DNA of 11,408 nucleotides from a bacterium. GTDB taxonomy: Bacteria > SAR324 > NAC60-12. Shown piece after piece: positions 1 through 11,408 of this stretch (the first letter of the stretch is position 1; every line of letters starts with the position of its first letter). Location of the stretch: assembly GCA_965233585.1 (NCBI GenBank), contig CBDDTI010000104.1:1-11408 (forward strand), written 5' to 3'. The position numbers and the translations under genes are program-made. The notes below the pieces were generated by a model that did not search any database, was not told the DNA's origin, and saw only the letters and a list, made by a program, of their open reading frames with translations.

Positions 1-488
1 AATACCTTTTGACGTATTTCCTTTTTCTCGCTTTTACCGGAATTCCCGGAAATTTCTGTACCATTTGTTCACACTTACGAGTGCCAGGCTTCTCGCGGTA
101 ATACTTCCAAGAAAGAATGCTAAAGATCTGAAAGATGGCGGCAGACTTCCAAAACGTTTATCGTTACAATGTGTGTCTTTGCTCGTCGGTAGTGTTAGCG
201 GACGTTTTAGAACACAACTGCAGCCCTGTAGGTGAAAACGAATTCAGTTTTGTGGTCGGTACTTGTGTTTTTCTTTTACTTGTGTGATTCGAGCTTCCAG
301 CGTGCTTCCGCCTCAGATACATTGAGGGAAAACAATGTGGATGCTGATTCCTGGTTTCCATTGAAGAAATGTGGATGCTGCAGCAGCCAAACAGACGAAA
401 TTGTCGCCTTCTTCTCCTAAAAAAGAATTTTTCGAGTCGTCCGATAAAACGTCTAGCACGACAGGAAGTTCAGCCACCATGTTTCTTG
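1..488. mobile_element. Truncated non-autonomous DNA transposon, possibly an internally deleted PIF/Harbinger derivative
   Basis: Two convergent short ATG-initiated stubs: + 135-287 (MAADFQNVYRYNVCLCSS...) and - 480-313 (MVAELPVVLDVLSDDS...). A 13-bp direct repeat lies at 334-346 and 368-380. Termini are not visible, and the superfamily call is from recollection of anthozoan repeats only. Confidence 0.4.
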
Positions 489-785
489 TTAGACCCGTAG
501 CCCGAAAGGGCTACGGGTCAATAGCCCATGAGGCGAAGCCGGATGGGCTATTGACCCGTGGCACTTGAGGGCAAAGGGTCTAATTGTTTTAGTATCACCC
601 AACTAGTCGGACAGAAAAGGCAATAATAGTTAGCAAATGCAATTTGAAGAATTATTTATTTGGGGAAATAAACGAAAGAAAAACAGGCGAATTTCGCTAC
701 TCGATGACTATTGCTATTAGACCACTAGTAGCGTAGCCAATCGAAATGCAGGATTTGCATTAGTCCACCAGTTGGGCGATACTAA
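489..785. mobile_element. Hairpin-headed non-autonomous element E1
   Basis: Palindrome 489-583 (17-bp perfect stem 513-529/543-559, apex GGC-GAA-GCC 532-540, outer TTAGACCC/GGGTCTAA), followed by a body bounded by inverted repeats 589-607 and 767-785 (17/19 match). Confidence 0.75.
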
Positions 786-1416
<631 letters not shown>

Positions 1417-1430
1417 ACTGATTATTTCAG

Positions 1431-1613
1431 GTCGCTTTCATGCAGCACTCAGGTTCTGAGAAGCGTCTTGTTCGAGAGTATCCTGTGGGAGAGACAACAG
1501 AAGTCAGAGCCAATGATGACTCATCTTGGTCCTCGGCAACTTCAACTGAATCCCCTCCCCCTCCCCCCTCTCCCACGCCAGTTGCTGCTCCACCACCCCC
1601 ATTGGGTCAATAA
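1431..1613 (+). CDS. Terminal coding exon of a convergent gene, probably a paralogous cAMP-receptor-like GPCR with a Ser/Pro-rich tail
   Basis: Acceptor ctgattatttcag ends at 1430; 60 open codons VAFMQHSGSEKRLVREYPVGETTEVRANDDSSWSSATSTESPPPPPSPTPVAAPPPPLGQ*; AATAAA at 1609-1614 and 1662-1667; shares xAFxQH...(Y/F)PVG and phase 0 with the last exon of the minus-strand GPCR. Upstream exons lie outside the window. Confidence 0.75.
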   Translation, partial: VAFMQHSGSEKRLVREYPVGETTEVRANDDSSWSSATSTESPPPPPSPTPVAAPPPPLGQ

Positions 1614-1647
1614 ATAGCAATTTGCTCTAAAACGCGCTGTCGCTGAA

Positions 1648-2083
1648 GGTGATTCCTCATAAATAAATGTTGCCGTGGTGGTTTGAAGCAAAGGTTGTTA
1701 AAAATCTGGATAGGTAGAGAGAGTGTGGAACATGGAACAAAGTAATTTATAACTTATTGAAAAATCAGTCAATTCTGAAAGACATCGACTCAAAATGTTC
1801 CTCAAATCGTTGTTTTCGAGGTCATAATTCGCATCCTCGAGTAGCGGCTTTGTGCACTATTTTAGTTATAACTTTTGTTTCCTTCTGAACGGTGTCTTCG
1901 ATTAATTTGTACACCAAAATATACAATAAACAAATATAGTTCACGATGCCCGTTTAAGAGAAAACGAGCATTTATTTCGATATCAGGCTAAGGTTGACGT
2001 ACACGCACGAGTTCATCCGCGCGCGCTAATTACGTGAAAATCGTGCGCACTAGGGATGCGCAATGCAATACTGAGGAGTCACC
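1648..2083. mobile_element. MITE, Kolobok-like
   Basis: TIR GGTGATTCCTCA (1648-1659) / TGAGGAGTCACC (2072-2083), 11/12 match, flanked by TGAA and TTTA, each one change from a TTAA target duplication. RR...YY termini with a TTAA target are characteristic of Kolobok. Confidence 0.6.
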
Positions 2084-2274
2084 TTTATTTAATAAGCTAA
2101 ATTAATTCTGAACGCATTGTTGTAAGTTATCTTTAGAAGTCAGAGACATGACTATTATTCTCGGACTTCTTCGTAAAACAAGAAATATTTTCGATTTATA
2201 TCGTGCAGTTACGCATTAAGTAAGGGAAAGGTCTTGACAGCCCATGACTTCAGGAAGGAGTCGCATTGGAGTGT

Positions 2275-2493
2275 GAATAAGTAAATAAATAACTAAATAA
2301 ATAAATAAATAAATAAATATCGTTGTTTAGTATGGGTGATAACAGCAACTGCAAGCTGACAAACCTGTGGTTCTCATTTCCGGAATTGCGAGTGTTGGTT
2401 TTTGTGGGGGGAGGAAAACCAACAAACTCAACCCACGGATGCCGGGTCCGGGAATCGAACCCAGGCCACAACGGTGGGAGGCGAGCGCTCTCA
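2275..2493 (-). mobile_element. tRNA-derived SINE, 5'-truncated, with an (ATTT)n tail
   Basis: Minus strand reads TGAGAGCGCTCGCCTCCCACC...GGTTCGATTCC (Pol III B box, 2461-2451), then a GTGGGTTGAGTTTGTTGGTT core and a simple-repeat tail at 2320-2275. The A box is incomplete. Confidence 0.8.
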
Positions 2494-2642
2494 GGCCAAG
2501 TGAGATCCCTCGCCGGGTTCACTTCTAGACCGAGGAACAACTAAGAGATGCAGATTAACAAGAACGAATCAAAATATAGGTTTTAAAAAGGTGCAGGTTG
2601 ACTCGATCTTCACCGAGGGATCAAAGGTGTAATGAATAGGAT

Positions 2643-2972
2643 ATGGAGTTTAAAAAGCCACGAAGCGACGCCGAGGACAACGTCGATTATAATTAATGTC
2701 ACAATTTACCAACGAATCTTGGGATACTCTAAAGCCATTTTCCTTTGTTTCTGTGACAGGGCAAAACACTAAAAATAAAAAAAATAGCTGTCATGGTTCA
2801 CCTTCTCTGGACAATGCATAATTTGGTCACTTCACGTTGTTGTTTTCCAGAGGACGGCAAAGAAATGTACAAAGATTTATGACGCACGTACGAAGTCATT
2901 GCCCTGCTCATTAAACATTTCGTCTACCGACGTTCCCGTTGCCGTTGCCGTCGTGGTTTTCTTAAACTCCCT
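2643..2972. mobile_element. Decayed MITE, PIF/Harbinger-like (AGGGAGTTTAAG-type ends)
   Basis: Left end ATGGAGTTTAAAAAGCCACGA pairs imperfectly with right end TCGTGGTTTTCTTAAACTCCCT; subterminal CGTTGC repeats at 2931-2953; TAA-like flank. Confidence 0.65.
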
Positions 2973-3450
2973 AATGAACACAATACCCTCCGTTTCGCTT
3001 GAACAGTTAGTACAGATATTTGTCCTTGGACAATTCCTGAAATGTAAAAAACATGCGCCATGTTGTGACCCGGAGATTATCCATCCGCGTTGCTTACATG
3101 CTGCAGAAAATGTAAATCAAAATCTGTTTTATTTTGAGAACTTTTCTTGTTAGCTACTCGTTGTTTACATAATTCCAGGATGAGAAACTTCAAGTAAATT
3201 ATTTTAATGCCTTAAGCTCGTTCCGGGACAAAAACGTCAGCCAGCTTTGAAAGTTCATCCTCGGAAAAACCTTTTTCCACGCTCATGTAAGGGACTCCGA
3301 CTTAAAATATCAAAACTGCCAAATGAATTTCAAACATAGGAAGTGTAACGTGGTAAATCCCATGTTTTGAATGTCAGTAAGCATGCTAGGAATAAAACTC
3401 CTTTTAACAGCTTTTCGTGCCCTGTTTCTTGTGAATTTGTTACTTGCAAG

Positions 3451-3852
3451 CTACTATCAGCAGTTCTCGTTCCACTGTCGTTACTGTCAGCAGTTCTCGT
3501 TCCACTGTCGTTACTGTCAGCAGTTCTCGTTACACCCTCGTTACTGTCAGCAGTTCTCGTTACACTGTCGTTACTGTCAGCAGTTCTCGTTCCACTGTCG
3601 TTACTGTCAGCAGTTCTCGTTACACCCTCGTTACTGTCAGCAGTTCTCGTTACACCCTCGTTACTGTCAGCAGTTCTCGTTACACCCTCGTTACTGTCAG
3701 CAGTTCTCGTTACACTGTCGTTACTGTCAGCAGTTCTCGTTCCACTGTCGTTACTGTCAGCAGTTCTCGTTACACCCTCGTTACTGTCAGCAGTTCTCGT
3801 TACACCCTCGTTACTGTCAGCAGTTCTCGTACTCTCGTTACTGCCAGCGGTT
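3451..3852. repeat. 30-bp minisatellite, 12 full units plus about 1.5 degenerate units
   Basis: Unit TTACTGTCAGCAGTTCTCGT followed by TCCACTGTCG (A), TACACCCTCG (B) or TACACTGTCG (C); order A A B C A B B B C A B B. Confidence 0.97.
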
Positions 3853-4396
3853 AAGTACCACGAGCACTAATCTACACATCCCAAGTGCTAACAAAAGCTG
3901 AGCTTTTTTGGCGATCCAACAATTATTTACAACAACGCAATTCTGAGATTTTAAGAACCTGCTAATTTTTTTTCCGCGAGCACCAAAGAAATTTGCTCCA
4001 GCTACAATTAGTCTACATAACTGCGCATGGCAAACTTTGAAAACCTTAATATAGCGACATTTCTCACACCCACCCCGTAAATCTGATGATGCCTTATTAC
4101 AGTATCTTACAGAGTTATGTAATTCTTAAACAAACCACGCTAACGAACACTAGGTTCAGAACAGATGGTCAAAATCTATATCGACCCAGTTTCAGACCGA
4201 AACAGCTGAAAACCATACCCTGTGTAACCTATATAACGGTGTGTCCTGGCTGGGAAGCTAGCCTTATTGTTTTATGTCTTAGGTCTAACTTTGGCGGCCT
4301 CAGTACCTTTGACAGCCAGACTACCTACTCGTTAATACTTAACGTTCAGCAGCAGAAAAGAGCTTCTGAATGTAATAACATACTACACTTTTTGTA

Positions 4397-4856
4397 AGTA
4401 ATGGTAATAGGACTGAGTGGAGTCCAATTCGGTCAGTTATCGTAAGAGTGATAACAAAATCGGACGACCGCGCAGTTTATCACGAGTATGATTACAGACT
4501 GAATTGGACGACACGAAGTCTTGTTACCAATTAATCATAAAAATTACAATTTCCGAGAAGAGAAGAATAGCCAAGTTATGAAAGAAAGGGAAAAATTTAC
4601 ATTAAAAAACTGACAAAGGAGACGTAAAAAAGGCAACCGCGCCTACCTAATTAGGCGCCAAAAACACAAAAGCAAGCGCGCGCTCGTAACTACAACTTTG
4701 AATCTGATCAGTGATTTAAACTACAGCTTTGAATGTGATTGGCTTATTGAACTGTCCTATAACAAACTGTTCAATAACAACTTGGCAAGTGATTAGTGAA
4801 TAATAAGAGTTTTTTTAAACCAATCACAATCGAGGAAATTGAAATTTTTTTGATTA
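4397..4856. mobile_element. Hairpin-headed element E4
   Basis: Imperfect palindrome 4402-4529 (4402-4414/4517-4529, 4422-4434/4497-4509, 4448-4454/4477-4483), then a body bounded by inverted repeats 4532-4554 / 4834-4856 (21/23 match). Confidence 0.75.
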
Positions 4857-4949
4857 TTCTAAAAAGAGGCCATGTGCGGCACTTGAGTCACAGCCACTCA
4901 TTGCACTTGCCCCGCCCTGTTTAAGACAGACTTATTCATTTCATGGTTG

Positions 4950-10951
<6,002 letters not shown>

Positions 10952-11091
10952 CTGTAAATAATCATAAAAAGAAAATAAATAAACAAGCGAAGTTGGTGGG
11001 TAGCTGGGTAGGGTAGCCAGGGTGGTAAGTACGTCAGTCATTAGGACGGTATGTAGGTACGGCTGGCACGACTGAAATTTGAATCGACAAT

Positions 11092-11254
11092 TAAGAAATG
11101 GTTCATGCTTAGCGTGCGTATATCGTGTTATGGAGGCACGCGGAAAGTTTGGAGAGCACGAAAGAAGCGTAAGAGTTGCTTGCTTCTTGAGTGCTCTCCA
11201 AACTTCCCAAGTGCATCCATAACTCGATATACGCACAGCTAAAAGCATGAACCA
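11092..11254. mobile_element. Long imperfect palindrome E5, probably the head of a hairpin-headed element (no body visible)
   Basis: Arms 11099-11110/11243-11254, 11114-11125/11225-11236, 11145-11159/11191-11205 and 11163-11168/11182-11187. Confidence 0.7.
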
Positions 11255-11408
11255 ATACCTCTTACTAACCGAGTTTGAAGTCCGTACCGCGTAAGTTACG
11301 GACCGAGTTTTTCCCGTTCCCGTTTCCCGTTTATGGCCCAAGCGCGAGGCGCGCAGGCCATAAATCGTAGGAGAAAAAACGAGGATCCGTAACTTACGGC
11401 ACCGGCCG
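11255..11408. mobile_element. Long imperfect palindrome E6, running off the end of the window
   Basis: Arms 11290-11302/11386-11398 and 11330-11338/11356-11364; apex GCGC-GAG-GCGC 11342-11352; directly abuts E5. Confidence 0.7.

Noticed and set aside
2440..2493. tRNA gene
   Set aside because: Only a B box and part of an arm are present, with no full cloverleaf; it continues into a SINE body and tail.
3451..3852. CRISPR-like array (constant 20-mer alternating with a variable 10-mer)
   Set aside because: The variable parts are three near-identical variants rather than unique spacers, there are no cas genes, and the context is eukaryotic; this is a minisatellite.
3367..3901. Three overlapping plus-strand ORFs of 136-176 aa
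   Set aside because: They arise because the 30-bp unit has no plus-strand stop codon; there is no independent evidence of coding.
4130..4240. Possible decayed repeat fragment (...TTTCAGACCGAAACAGCTGAAAACCATACCCT...)
   Set aside because: It resembles anthozoan repeat sequence from memory only; there are no termini, TSD or second copy in the window to support it.

Overview
Eukaryotic, AT-rich, repeat-dense genomic DNA. It is most likely from a scleractinian coral or other anthozoan; this is inferred from the style of its SINE and MITEs and was not tested. The ORF track misses the real genes because they are spliced. On the minus strand I assembled by hand 12 short GT-AG exons (10951 down to 4950) whose phases all match. 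They encode 288 aa, from mid-TM1 to the C-terminus, of a seven-transmembrane receptor of the Dictyostelium cAMP-receptor-like (CrlA/GCR1, Dicty_CAR) family; the 5' exon(s) lie beyond the window. On the plus strand, 1431-1613 looks like the last exon of a convergent paralog (VAFMQH...YPVG versus TAFQQHFPVG). The introns and the intergenic spacer contain: up to six dissimilar non-coding elements headed by a long palindrome, often with a GCGAAGC-type apex, four of which also have an inverted-repeat-bounded body; two MITEs with 9-bp target-site duplications; Kolobok-like and Harbinger-like MITEs; a tRNA-derived SINE; a 30-bp minisatellite with a 150-bp higher-order duplication; microsatellites; and a near-perfect 65-bp intronic foldback in a CpG-rich patch. 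No database searches were run, so family names rest on motif recognition.
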